This document shows, piece by piece, positions 47,660 through 60,250 of a DNA stretch of 64,000 nucleotides (positions within the stretch are counted from its first letter, which is position 1; every line of letters starts with the position of its first letter). Under the pieces are notes generated by a model. That model did no database searches, had not been told where the DNA came from, and saw nothing but the letters and a program-made list of their open reading frames with translations. The stretch is from assembly GCA_963693365.1 (NCBI GenBank), contig CAVNZM010000001.1:14308418-14372417 (forward strand). The letters run 5' to 3'. This DNA comes from Amoebidium appalachense (lineage: Eukaryota > Protista > Ichthyosporea). A program made the translations under genes and the position numbers.

Positions 47660-49548
47660 ATAAATTTAGTACTGCTCCAATTTTTGAATTGAGAAGTCAC
47701 CTACAATGATTATCGGGATTATATGATATTTTCTCACAGTTTTTGCCACGTGAACCAACATAATGCACTGAACCTATGTAAAGTGGGTGTTGTCACGTTT
47801 CCAAGAGCACGGAGGTGTGTATGCGAGTACACGACGTACGCGGCGTATTTGATGCATGCAGGGAACTGAGCAGAGTACTTTCGTGGCCGCGAAATCATGA
47901 TTCGATGCGTTCAAGGCATGATGCAGCACAGCCACTGACTGGGGCTGGGAGAGAATTTATGCCGTTGAGAACTTTGTTTATTTGTAGGTACCCGGGATGT
48001 AGTAGCTGCCACGTTCGACTGTGGCCTCAGCCGCCACGAATGAAGGCTGACAGGCCTCCTAGGGTGCACGTGGGTGAGCCATGCATTAGCAATCGGTGAT
48101 ACCGTATAAACCAATCAGAAGTGTACACCATACAGACCGTTCCCGAGTTTTCGGTCCTCTGGACGGGCTACCTGGCTAGCTCCAAGCATATTCAATATAC
48201 GTTTTATTAGTAAACAAATAATGTTTTAGCAAAGATATATATTTCCAATCGAGCATGAGAGATTTTGAGAGGGAACGGTTCACACAGGCGGCGCGTTGAG
48301 GTACCATTGAATCTAGCAGGTAGAGCTATATTTAGCATGCTGCCTCACGATTACCACTATAGATCAAAGCGATGGATTTCGTGCGGTACCATATATGACA
48401 ATAAGGCTTGAATCTATTGAGTATGAATAGCACTTAATCCATAAAAAAGTTATCATAATCTTTTATGTAACATAAAATAAATTATAAAGCACTATTTATA
48501 GCTTTTACGCAGAAATATTGTCTTCTGGATGTAACTATGTAATTCCACAACCAACTGCAAAAATCCTTCGCCACTCATTTTAAACCTAGGGGGAGCGCTC
48601 TGGCTAATAAAAGCAACCAATCAAATCACTGTATGGCGATGTCCCTTCCCTCTTTCACATCTTTCTGTAATCTGTAAACGCCACTAACAAGGAAATAACT
48701 CCTTAATACATAACAATCAATTATTTCGAATATTTCTGATACTTTATTGTCGAGGTAAAACAATACCGAGGACCGTTCTAGGGCCTCGGCCCGGCTTCCT
48801 TCAAGAGAAAAAGCAAGGCTTGAGCCTCTCAGTCTCAGAGGCACAACCCCACCACAATGCCTGATGTTTCTTACACTAGAGATTAGTGCTGCATTTACTT
48901 GAGCTAACGTTTATATTATGCCCTCAATATTGATGCTCTAGGCAGCCTATTGCTACAAATCTTTCAATGATTGCGTCTGTGTGCAGGGCATTTGAACTTT
49001 ACATCATCTGTTGTAGCCCAGCCGTCCACTTGAGTTACCAGGAGCATCTTTCTCGCGAGGGGTGTAACAAAACCTGTTGAGTTTTTTGGGTAGACACACT
49101 TACCAATTCTTCACAAAGGATCTGACCTCCTACCACATGCGTACAGGTGATTAAGCAGTATGGTATTGGTGGCTGCTGGTGCAGCATACCACCCTTTCTG
49201 TATTGTGTGCAGGGGTCTGTGTTGAAACGGACGATTACATATTTTCTGCCACACACGAACAGAGCACACAAACATACACGCGCAAACACCTCAACACACA
49301 ACACAAATATACTACACACACAGAGAGAGAGAGAGTGTGTGTGTGTGTGTGAGAGAGACATCACACGCGCGCACGCACACACACATACACGGACAGAGAG
49401 ACACAAAACACCCATACTAGCACACACACACAGAATACAGCCCGACCATTCCTCCTCTCTAATTTTCAGTTTCATTCACCCCTTCACGGTTAAAACAAAC
49501 CATAGAGCATTTATTTCTTCTCCTCATGGTTCAATCTAAAGTGTTGGG

Positions 49549-49664
49549 AGATTTTTTTCTGTAGGCGTGTGTTTGTAGCCACTTGGCAGCCACGTAAACA
49601 CACGCCAGATTTTTTTCTGTAGGCGTGTGTTTGTAGCCACTTGGCAGCCACGTAAACACACGCC
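49549..49664. repeat. Perfect 58-bp tandem duplication upstream of the kinase
   Basis: agatttttttctgtaggcgtgtgtttgtagccacttggcagccacgtaaacacacgcc x2 (49549-49606, 49607-49664). Confidence 0.95.
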
Positions 49665-49769
49665 CTACCCATTCCCCATCATCTTGCTACATGGGTCACG
49701 AGGTGCTCTTTCGAAACGAAGTGCGAAAAATACCATTGCTGCCAACGCGCCGCCGTTGGTCAGCTTCCA

Positions 49770-51893
49770 ATGGCCCCCCAAACTCACTCCATGTATTCAC
49801 CCCACAATAATTCGACACTCCCGCTGCATAAGTTTGCCGTAAAAAAGTCGCCGAAAGTCCTTTTTGACCGTTACGAAGTAGACAGGGAAGTGGGTACTGG
49901 CTCGTCCTCGACTGTGTACCTAGCGCACGACGTGAGAAATGGGCTATGTGTCGCACTCAAACAGGTCGCACGTGCACGCAGGCGGAGATCGGAATGCGCG
50001 CTTTTACGGGAGGTGACGGCGCAAAGACACGTGCACGGGCACGGGAATGTGATTGAAATTTACGATGTCATTGAAACGGAGGAATCGTATACGCTAGTGG
50101 AGGAATATGTGGAGGGGGGGGACCTCGCATCCCTCCTGTTGGGGGAGAACGTTACTTCGGCGGCCATGAATGCTAACCTGTCGACCATTCTGCTGGATGT
50201 TGTGGATGCGTTGGCGTATTTGCATGAGAGAAATGTCGTGCACTTGGACATGAAACCGGAGAATGTGCTGCTCACGAGAGAGGCGCGCGCGAAATTGGGG
50301 GATTTCGGGCACGCGTGCTTTGTGCTCAACGATGAAAACGGGAAAACGGAACTGAAAAGGTTGTGTAGTTGCTGTGATCCTACCGGTTTGGCGCAGCACT
50401 TGGTGGTGAACAATGACAGATGTCGTAGTAAAACATCGGGGCAGTTGAGAAGGGAACATATGAAGAAGGGGTGGGAGTATGTGCCTTTTGGAACGCACGC
50501 GTACCTTGCGCCCGAGGTTTACGACGGGGCTGGGTCGGTGAAGGACTATAAGGCGATAGACGTATGGGCACTCGGGATTATTCTTCACATTATTGGTATG
50601 CTAAATGCCCCCCTGCCCCCCCCCCTCCCCCCACCCCCCCCCCCCGGCCTCTCCCCTACCCCCCCCCACCCCCACCCCCCACCCCCCACGCCCTTGTCGC
50701 CCCCGCCCTGGTCCTTCCCCGTCTGCCTTTTCAAGCTCTTCTTTTTTCTTTCTTGCTGTCTTGGTCACTCTCTCCTCCTTCAACCCCAGCACCACACATA
50801 CACACACGCGCGCGCGCGCACGCACACACACACAGAGAGAGAGAGAGAGACATGCACACCTTCCTCCCCTCCCCTTTGTCCCACGTGATCTAAGGCTTGC
50901 CTCCCTGCCCTTTGTGGACACTCGATGTGTGTGTGTGTGTGTGTGTGTGTGTTCGTGTGTGTCTGTATAGCATGTGTGTTTCTTCGTGGGCCTTTTTGTT
51001 TCCTCCTGTGTTTTACAATTTGTCCCTCCCCCCATCCCCCCTCCCCTCCTCTCCACCCCCCGAGGCCACCACCACCACCACCACCACCCCGATTCTCAAT
51101 CCCCCCCCCCCCCCCCCCCCCCCCCCCAGGCCCCCCGTTTTCTCCCCTTTCCCCACCTTTTTCGCATTGCCCACCCAACAACGAACTATATGTCTCTCTG
51201 AGTTCTGCCTTTGTTTCAGTACGTCTACGTGTTTGTAGGGACACATCCTATGCCCCAAGGGAGACAGTGTTTGTAGGGACACACCCTATGCCCCAAGGGA
51301 GAACATAAGCGAGGGAAAGAGGCGTTTTTCATGAGCATGGTAACAGATACGCTGCGAGAAATGTGCTTGTTCGCAATCAGGAGAAAAACAATCAGGAGAA
51401 GAGGTGTGAAATTTTGTAAAATGGAAAAAGGTGGAGGAGTGGGAAAGGGGAGACGCCCTGGGAGGGGGCTGTGGGGGGGCTGGGGGGTACAAAAGGGGGA
51501 GGGACGGGGGAAGAGGGGGGGGGGGGGGGGGGGGGGGGGGGAAGCAGCAAGTTTCGTTGTGCATGGAGGAGGCGAGTCTGTGTTTGTTTCGCATTAGTTG
51601 CATGAGTGTGCGCGTGTACCGTGTGCACGTGTTCTTCAGTGTGGGAGATTGGTGTGTGGGTATTCCGCAGTTTGGCTATGCCCACACCCTGTAACGATTT
51701 TCCTACACAGTGTTTCTTAATCAAACCCCCCCCCCTCCCCCCCCTTCAGCCCCCCCATCCTGCGGGACAACCTTTCTTCTCCCGGAGGAGGGTGTCTACT
51801 TACGCTGCATACTCTATGCTTGTGTGTTCCTTTTCTTGTCCGCAATTCGCGTTATTGTTATGAGTTTGTGCTTGCACTGTAGATTGCTTGCTG

Positions 51894-51927
<34 letters not shown>

Positions 51928-52207
51928 TTCCCCCGTGTTCATCCCCTGGGGAAACCCCCCTGCCTGCCTCTCCTCTCATTGTCTCCCCCTATCCATCCCT
52001 CTTATTTCCATGCAATCCAATGCCACCAGCACAAACACTCACTCACCCACACATAGACATAGGCGCTCCCCCCCCCCCCCCCCCCCCCCCCCCCCCACCC
52101 CCCCGGGGCCGGGGGGTTATCAATGTCCCCACTTTTCCCTTTCTACTTTTCCGTGCCTATCTCTCTTATCCCCCATCACTACCCCCCCCCCCCCCCCCCT
52201 CTTTTAC

Positions 52208-52255
<48 letters not shown>

Positions 52256-52440
52256 TTCTCCCAGCTGTGGTGACTTGGCCCCCCCCGTGCAGAATGACTC
52301 CGTTTTTTCTCTGTTTTGTGTGTGCATGGTGTTGTCCGTTGTGAATGTGTGCATCGGGCTGTGTGATCGCTTTTCTAACCCTCCCTCCCTCCCCCCCCCC
52401 TCCCCCCCCCCCCCCCCCCCCCGGTACACGTACACACAAA

Positions 52441-52535
<95 letters not shown>

Positions 52536-53343
52536 AAACACATGCACACATACACACATCTACACCCACACACACGTAAACACACACGTACACACACACA
52601 CACGTACACAAACAGTCACGCGCTCGTTCCCCTGGCAGTGCTCCATGACCTACTACGCCGACTCGGAAGATGAAATATCAGACGACGAGGGAGGAGACGA
52701 TGAAAGAAGTCTTTTTCTTCGCCGATGCAGCGCCCGTCTTCACGGAGACTCCCGTTTTCTTCAATATTTACGCACAGGAACACACAGGGATTGGGCAACT
52801 CTACCCCCCGAAATGGTGAAATTGTTGAAGGGGCTATTGTGCGTGGACCCTAGCGAACGGCTCTCGATGGAGGAGGTTAAAGCGTATGTCGTGCAAACGT
52901 GGCCGGATGATTGGCTCGCGCGGGGCGGATCGGTCGAATTGTGCGATCCGGAGAACCGATCAAACGGCGGCGGCGCAGTAGTCTTTGGACCAGGCGTGAA
53001 CGTGGGTTCATTGGAGGAGATTCGCCAATCGAATCCCGCAATGACGAATTCGGCGGCGGAAGGCGGTAGAAGATTGGGTACCGGGGGATTTGGAACACGA
53101 AGACGGAGTAGTACGACGGACAGTCTATCGAGACAACTTCAGGGTTCGAATTCTTCCGGTTGTTCACAGCAGGGAAGCGTGAGCTCGCTCCCCAGGGTGG
53201 AAATGGGGCCTCTTCACGACTATCCCGGGTCCAAGATGAGGAATGGGGGGGGTCCTGGGGTTTATGGGGACGCGAGGGATGTATGGGATGAGGGGGGGGG
53301 TGTTTGCAAAATGCGACGGTGCAGTTGGGTGTTGGGTTGGTGA
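49770..53343 (+). CDS. Serine/threonine protein kinase (non-RD), two coding exons
   Basis: Exon 49770-50595: VGTGSSSTVY, VALK, HLDMKPENVLL, KLGDFG, GTHAYLAPE, IDVWALGIIL. Phase-1 GT-AG intron, then exon 52616-53343: VTRSFPW..LLKGLLCVDPSERLSMEEV plus a Ser/Gly-rich tail. Start may be the ATG at 49791 and the 3' end could splice further. Confidence 0.92.
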
Positions 53344-54786
53344 TTTTTGTGCCGTTGGTGGTTGCTGTCACTGGATTTTGGTCATTTTTTTAAGTTTTTT
53401 GCACCCCCACCTCTTTGCAAGTTCTTTCGGTTAGAGTCCATCTCCGGTAGTATTGGTTAATGCACACGGGCACGCACATACACACACACACGGACACACA
53501 CACACGTGCCGAGGGAGACACACTCACACTCACTTACTAACGCACACACAGCATGCACATGTGCATACACAGAACAAAACACACAAGTGCTAGGTAACTA
53601 CGCTTACCTAACGCAAGGTACGAAGTTTTATACGCTGTCGTGATTTTCTGTCTTTACGTTTGAATAACTTTTTTTAAGGCCTAATCTTCCTACCCTGTCG
53701 ACATTTTTCCTGATTTGTTCTGTTTCTTCCCTATACCTGAACTGGCTGTGGGTTCTGGCGGCTTTTTTTTTTTTTTTTTTTTTGTGCGTGTGTGTGTGTG
53801 TGTGTACGTGTGTTTGGGGGGGGGCACACAAACATCCCCCTGCACGCGCGCGCACACACACACTCACCCACTCACTCACTCACTCACTCACTCACTCACT
53901 CACTCACTCACTCACTCACTCACCTATACACACACCTTCACCTACACAATACTGGTATCAAGTTGCCCGGGAGTGCAGACCTCCCCATGGATTTCGCCTT
54001 TATTTAGTCTTTTTGTTTTTGAACGCATGAAAAATGCAGGAAAAGTGATGGTGTTCATGTGACAAGGTGGTTTGCGCATGTGCCCTAGCTAACATGTGTA
54101 TGAACGATTCTGCTGTTCGTATCGTAAGTGTACCACTTGTATGTCCTTTGTTTTGACGGCAATAAATCCCTGGATATTTGCCAACCTCGGCCGGTTTCAT
54201 GCCAAACGGTGACCGTCCCGGCCTGGTGCCATTAGGGATTGGGGGAATGTGCTGTTTAAGTAGGGATTCTTGATTTTGGAACGGGGGGGGGGGGGGGGCA
54301 CCCCGGCCCCCCTTTGGACAGGTGGGTCCCCCCCACCCACCCACCCCTCTGGCGAGCAGAGAGAGAGAGAGAGGAGGGGGGGGGGGGGGGGGGGCACCCA
54401 CCTGATCACATAATCATTTATAGTTTATAATCAGCAGCAGTTTACATACATTGAATTGAACGTAAACATGGAGGTATTCTTATTATATTAGGATCACCTG
54501 AAACTCAGAATATGCCGTACGGGCATACTGCCCCCCTCCTCCCCCCCTCCACCCCCCTCCCTTCCCCCCCCCCCCCCCCCGCACGAACGGGTGGGAAGCA
54601 AGCCTCGAAGCGTGTGTACGTGTGTGTGAGTGACACTAGTACTGTGTGTGTGTGTGTGTGCGCGTGTACAGGTTGCAAGCGCGCGCGCACATGTGTGGGG
54701 TGCGTGCGTCACGGTGTGTGTGCGTACGTGTGTGTGTGGTGGTGGTGGTGGTGTGTGTGTGGCGGCGGGGTGGGGGGGGGGGGGGG

Positions 54787-54822
<36 letters not shown>

Positions 54823-54968
54823 GGGGGAAGGAGAAGGACCAAAATGTGTCAGTAGCTGAAAACGGAGGCAAACGCTCCAAATTTGAAAAGAAAAAAGAAA
54901 AAAGAAAAAAAAAATTGAAGACAACCTTTTGGTGGATGGAAAAGAGACCTTCAAACCATGATCATGCG

Positions 54969-55017
<49 letters not shown>

Positions 55018-55914
55018 GCACCTCGGGTGACCCCCGGGAAGGGGTGGGTCCCCACCCCGAGGGAGGGAGGAGGGGTGTGCTACAAGGGGGAACGTCGATA
55101 TTTATTACTCTGCCCTGGGCCATTTCAAATTCAAAATCCCTTAGATTTGAAAAATGATCTTTGGATACTTATTTTTGTTTTGTTTGTTGCTTGCTTGCCA
55201 TTGCAAAGATATGTTCCTGGGCTGGCTTTTTGCTGAGCCTGCTTGAGATATACCAGTACATTTAAAAGTATATCCAAACTGATCTCATCAAATTTAAATT
55301 CTGCATGCAGGAAGATCGACGAAGTCTTTGTGGTATTTATGTACACTCGGTGCCATAACGGTGGTGTAATGCCCGCATCACTGCACTAGCCAGTGCCGCT
55401 GAACTCGAGGTGTAGATCATGGCTCCGGGCCTGCGGGGCGGGGGGGGGGGAGGGGGGGGAGCTTAGGGGGGGGGGGGGGGGGGGGGGGGTTGTTTAAACC
55501 GTCTCAAAGTTACCGGCCGCGGCAAGCTGAACCCAACTTGCAGCCGGTAGCGTACACAACGTTCAGGGAACACCTCCATTCATGCCATTATTGGCAACTT
55601 CAAGTGACACGGTGCATATACTATACTATCAGTGACATGCAAGAGCCTTGGGAGGATCCGTACTAACCGAGGTTTGGGCAGCGGCGTGGGCACCTATTAG
55701 GTTAATACATCACGGATCAGGCTGAGGGGGATGCCCACAATGTGGCCGGTACCGGTGGTCAGTATTATGATCGCCTTGCACAAGGTTTGAAAAGCGTGTG
55801 CAACATCTGCGCAGGCCCACCTGAGTACTCTACTACTGGAACCACGCGTGCACAATGGCCATATCAAATCAAAAGCTGGTGGCGGCGGCGGCGGCAGTTT
55901 TGTGTGTGTGTGTG

Positions 55915-55983
<69 letters not shown>

Positions 55984-56053
55984 GTGCGTGCATGCGCGCC
56001 CGCACGCGCGTGTGTTGGGTGGGTGTGTTGGGTGTTTTTGGGGGGGGGTGTCA

Positions 56054-56123
56054 CAGGGAATTTTTGCACCGGGGAATTTTTGCACTGACACTGGTACCAT
56101 GATTCAGGGAATTTTTGCACCGG
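56054..56123. repeat. Three copies of gggaatttttgcac (possible transposon subterminal remnant)
   Basis: Copies at ~56056, ~56072 and ~56107. Confidence 0.7.
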
Positions 56124-56202
56124 TCCACCTCCCTCCCCCCCCCCCCCCCCCCCCCCCCCCTCCCCCTGCCCCCTCGCCCCCACAAACCGTTCACACACCG
56201 TG

Positions 56203-56262
<60 letters not shown>

Positions 56263-56455
56263 AGTATACACGTGTATACGTACGTACATAAACACTACTG
56301 CTGATTTACATCATAGACTCATTCATTCATAGTATCCGAATATCCGTATCTAATCCCAGATGTTGGGATGATCCACAGTTCAGCCAATTTCGACACCATC
56401 TATCAGTGGTTGGTCAAATACACATCTGTGGGCATTCCCTTGATCTGTATTTGAG

Positions 56456-56602
<147 letters not shown>

Positions 56603-57040
56603 ACGGCGTATCTGTGTGTGTGTGTCCTCCATGTGATTCCTTCGAGTTCTTCCTTCCGATTGGTCCCTTCGATTCTTTCACCAGAGGTAGTGATTCACAC
56701 TTGTTCAGATGCCGGGCATCACTGAGGGAATGGTAAATACGTAAACACACGACGTCTCTAAACGATTCAGTGTTGGAGCACGTACATACGGCAAGAATAG
56801 CAAGAGGTTTTCCATTGATCTGTGTACATTCCGTTTTTTTGTTTGTTTTCTCGACGGTCTACCTCGTTGCGCTTTGAAGCGGCATCTACACAAAGTTTCT
56901 CTGAGACTCTCCCTCTTCCTCCTTGTGCTTATGCTCCCTGCGTTTGCGCATTATAAGTTAGAGACCTCCTCTCTCTCTTTCTCTCTCCCTCTCCCCCCCC
57001 CCCCCCCCCCCCCCCCCCGCCCGCCTCTCTCACCCCCCCC

Positions 57041-57087
<47 letters not shown>

Positions 57088-57110
57088 CCCCCCCCCCCCC
57101 CCCCCCCCCC

Positions 57111-57154
<44 letters not shown>

Positions 57155-57249
57155 GTCCTCCCCCCCCCCTCTTTCTCCCCCCCTCCCCTCCCGCGAGTTA
57201 GTGTGCACAGATGTCTATAGATCTGCGTAGACCTTACCACCTACTATGG

Positions 57250-58974
57250 CACGAGCAATATGACTCAGTGTTCCTTTTTACCTCTCTGTTTTTATGTGAG
57301 TGTTGCAACATTCTTTTATTTTTTTTAATTCTGGTGGGGGTGTGCCGGCAGCAATTTTATTTTGCATGCGGGTATTCAAGGCTTTACAGCATAGTTCGTA
57401 TGTTATAGTATTTGTACAGTATTGCCACACACTGGCAGTTACCTGTAAATTCGTACCCCACAGCTTCGTTTGTTTCACATGCACGAACAAAAGTTGTGCA
57501 TCGACTTTATTACATGCCTTCTGTGCACCAAGAGTGCAAGCTCGTTGGGGCATGGCACCAGTAAGGGCCATACATGAGGCATACGTTCGTAATGTGTGTA
57601 GCCTAAGGCATGCAGGCATACATTCGTGAGCATTTGTGCATCCTGTGCGCTAAACTATGGGCATGCTGCATTCGACAAGAGCAAGGGATTCGAAGCATGC
57701 ATGCAACACTGCCTTCATAGCACCTACATGCTATAGCAACAGCGACTATCTTCTTCTTTAAATGTATTCGTGCTGTGAGTGGCCGTGCATATAGTTGGGA
57801 GTGTGGATGTGCACACGGTGGCATGGACACGATGACTGTGTGCAATAGCGTAATGCACGCAAGGGCAACAGTTTTCTTTTCTTCGTAACATAGAGGGGGC
57901 TTTGTGCATTGCAACCCAAGCAGTGTTGTGCATTCGTTCTTTTCATTTTCGTATTTTCTTTTCACAATGCTTTCGTTTTTCGTTTCTAACGTCGGTTCGT
58001 TACTTCGTTATTGCGTTATGAATTCGTGTTTCGTACGTGTTAGTTCGTATTTCCGAAGCATTCGTTTTTCGTTGGTTCATTATTTCTATATGCATTCTTT
58101 TTCTTCGAATCATTATTTAGTTGTGTCTTCGTGAATAGTTCGTTTTTCGTTGGTTCGTTGTTTCGTTTATAGTTCTTTATTCGTTAGTTCGTTGCTTCAT
58201 TGTTTCGTAATGTTTTGGGAAAGTTTTCGTTATGCAAAGTTTTGTAGTTCTCATTATTTAGCTATGAGTTTTTTTTTCAAATCTTCGTTACTTTCTGTGT
58301 CGTGTCAGTGGGCTGGCCACTTCAGACTGTCGGCGGATATTCTAGATAAGTCATCGATCGGCCATGATGAGCGATGGAGAATCTTGAACGAATTGAAAGA
58401 TGTGAGTTTCGAATTCGAAGGATGTGAGATTCTTGAAATGATTGAAAGATGTGCGAGATTCTTGAACTGCCGCGGTCGCCAATGTAAACAGTTGGACTAG
58501 TTAGGATAAAGCAGAGCACAACTGAATCAAAATAAAGACAGAGAACGGGTAGAAAGGCACACGCGGCCAGGTTGCTTTTACTATGGGCCGATTCAGTCTG
58601 TCTCAGACTTCACTGAAGTGATCCCCGTACTGGGACGGCAATCACGGCATAAGTATATAGCCCCCAGGTTTCGGATCAAGGCCCAGGATTGGTTCATCCG
58701 CGGCCAGCGCGGGTGGCAACATGCTATTCGTGATTCTGGTGCGGTCCGAGCCAGTCAGACCTTCGTCCTATTTATGCAAACCTATCATTGGTCCACTTCG
58801 TTTTTGTGGTATGCAACAATAGAATCATATATGGTTCAATTCTTAGGTCAGAGTGAATCCTATTGGTGCGGACATGATATTTATGTGAAATTCATGACAA
58901 AGCACGAATCGTGTGCTAGTAGATCACATTCTTTAGTAAACATGTACAGTTCATGTGCACAGTCAAAGTTTACA
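57250..58974 (-). mobile_element. Truncated LTR retrotransposon (probably Ty3/Gypsy-type): 5' LTR 58974-58483, tRNA-Arg PBS, decayed internal region
   Basis: 492-bp segment bounded by the inverted repeat TGTAAAC (58483) / GTTTACA (58974), with minus-strand CCAAT and TATA-like motifs. One nt after it lies TGGCGACCGCGGCAG (58481-58467), complementary to the conserved tRNA-Arg(UCG) 3' end CUGCCGCGGUCG-CCA. An ACGAA-rich, stop-interrupted N/E/K-rich frame follows. The left boundary is approximate and no second LTR was seen. Confidence 0.8.
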
Positions 58975-59581
58975 GTAGGGGTGCATGCCAGGTTCAACCA
59001 GAACCCTGGCCAGGCCCACCTGACTGCTGCAAAGCGCGTGTTGCGCTACCTCAAGGGGGCTGCCAGCCACGGCATCACTTACCAGCGCGTCAAGGTGCCG
59101 GGCCATGTGATTGGCTACGTGGATGCCGACTGGGCAGGCAACCCAGACAACCGCCGCTCCACGTCCGGCTTCCCGTTTCTGGCCGGCAACGGAGCCATCA
59201 GCCTCAGGCTGGTGCTCAAAGCTGCAGACCGTGGTGGCAGACAGCACAGCAGAGGCTGTGTATGTGAGCGCGGCCCGCGCCACCAAGGAGGCCATGTGGT
59301 TGCGCAAACTCCTGCGCGACTTTGGTTTCAGCACCGAGGAGGCCATGGTGCTGTATGAGGACAACATGGCATGCATCAGCATTGCCAAGGACCCCGTGGA
59401 TTTTTCTCGCACCAAGCACATCGACATCAAGTGGCACCTGGTGCGCTGGCACGTCAAGCAGGGCGACGTTGTGCTGGTCTACCTGCCGACCAATCAGCAG
59501 GCGGCTGATGCGCTGACCAAGGCCCTGCCCCGTGCTGCCCTCGAGAGCTGCAAGAAGGCCATGGGCATGGACAGCGAGTGA
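58975..59581 (+). mobile_element. Ty1/Copia pol 3' fragment (RT C-terminus + RNase H), frameshifted
   Basis: VGVHARFNQNPGQAHLTAAKRVLRYLKG, GYVDADWAGNPDNRRSTSG, AIS/WCSKLQTVVADSTAEAVY, YEDNMACI, RTKHIDIKWH, QAADALTKALP. A 7-bp insertion at 59203-59209 shifts the frame. Confidence 0.97.
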
Positions 59582-59707
59582 TCACCATGTGATGTGGGGG
59601 CAGTGTAGTTTGCTGCAGGCAACTTGCCTGGCTGAGGGGTGGGGCAATCGACGCTGCGATATGATTGGCTGATTTGTAGATTAGGTGCTAATGTGTTGTA
59701 AGGGGTG

Positions 59708-60250
59708 TGTTGGAATATACAACCCCAATATCACCATATTATTCGTGTCTGTGATATATTTACTATGTAACCATTCAACAGCGGTGTACGCGTGTTTTCG
59801 TGTGATGGCTTTGTAGGTGATCGGGCGTGTGATTCCTAGGATGAATTGTGATATCTAACTGCCATATGATTTGTTAGGAACGCACCATCCAGATCTAGGG
59901 ATTACGTAGTCAGGGCCGGATGCCATCCTGCCGGATGGCTGGTGACCGTATCACGGCGGAGTATATAAACCCGCACATGTAACATAATAAAATTGGGAGT
60001 TATAACGATAATTGACTGTTGCAACAGACTCTCCGAGCACTGTGTGGACACTTGTGTGATGCTTAGGTGATAGTGCATGCAGCCCGATTAAGTACACACT
60101 TACATAGTAGGTAGTATATTGCACCCATATAGAGACTGACCACCTCCGTGTGTGTGTGTGCAACGACTATACACTCTACTTGTGTTAGTGCAGACTCTGC
60201 TACGTGTGAGAAGGTAGTTTTCTCTCAATAAATACAACGCACAACCAAAA
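59708..60250 (+). mobile_element. Copia 3' LTR
   Basis: Purine tract aaggggtg is immediately followed by TGTTGGAATA (59708). TATATAAA at ~59963, AATAAA at ~60227. The right end is probably CCAAAA (decayed CCAACA) at 60250 and is uncertain. Confidence 0.7.

Noticed and set aside
51229-51302. 38-bp tandem duplication in the kinase intron (similar ones at 20702-20763 and 29910-30075)
   Set aside because: Ordinary slippage-type duplications with no sign of function.
55511-55549. Hairpin taccggc..gcaag/cttgc..gccggta as a Helitron end or ncRNA
   Set aside because: No CTRR terminus, no second copy and no other support.
58467-58481. tRNA-Arg gene fragment ending in CCA
   Set aside because: Only the 3' 15 nt are present, adjacent to an LTR end, so it is better explained as a primer-binding site.
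58618-59358. 246-aa ORF as a single protein
   Set aside because: The N-terminal half is antisense LTR sequence; Copia homology starts at 58975.
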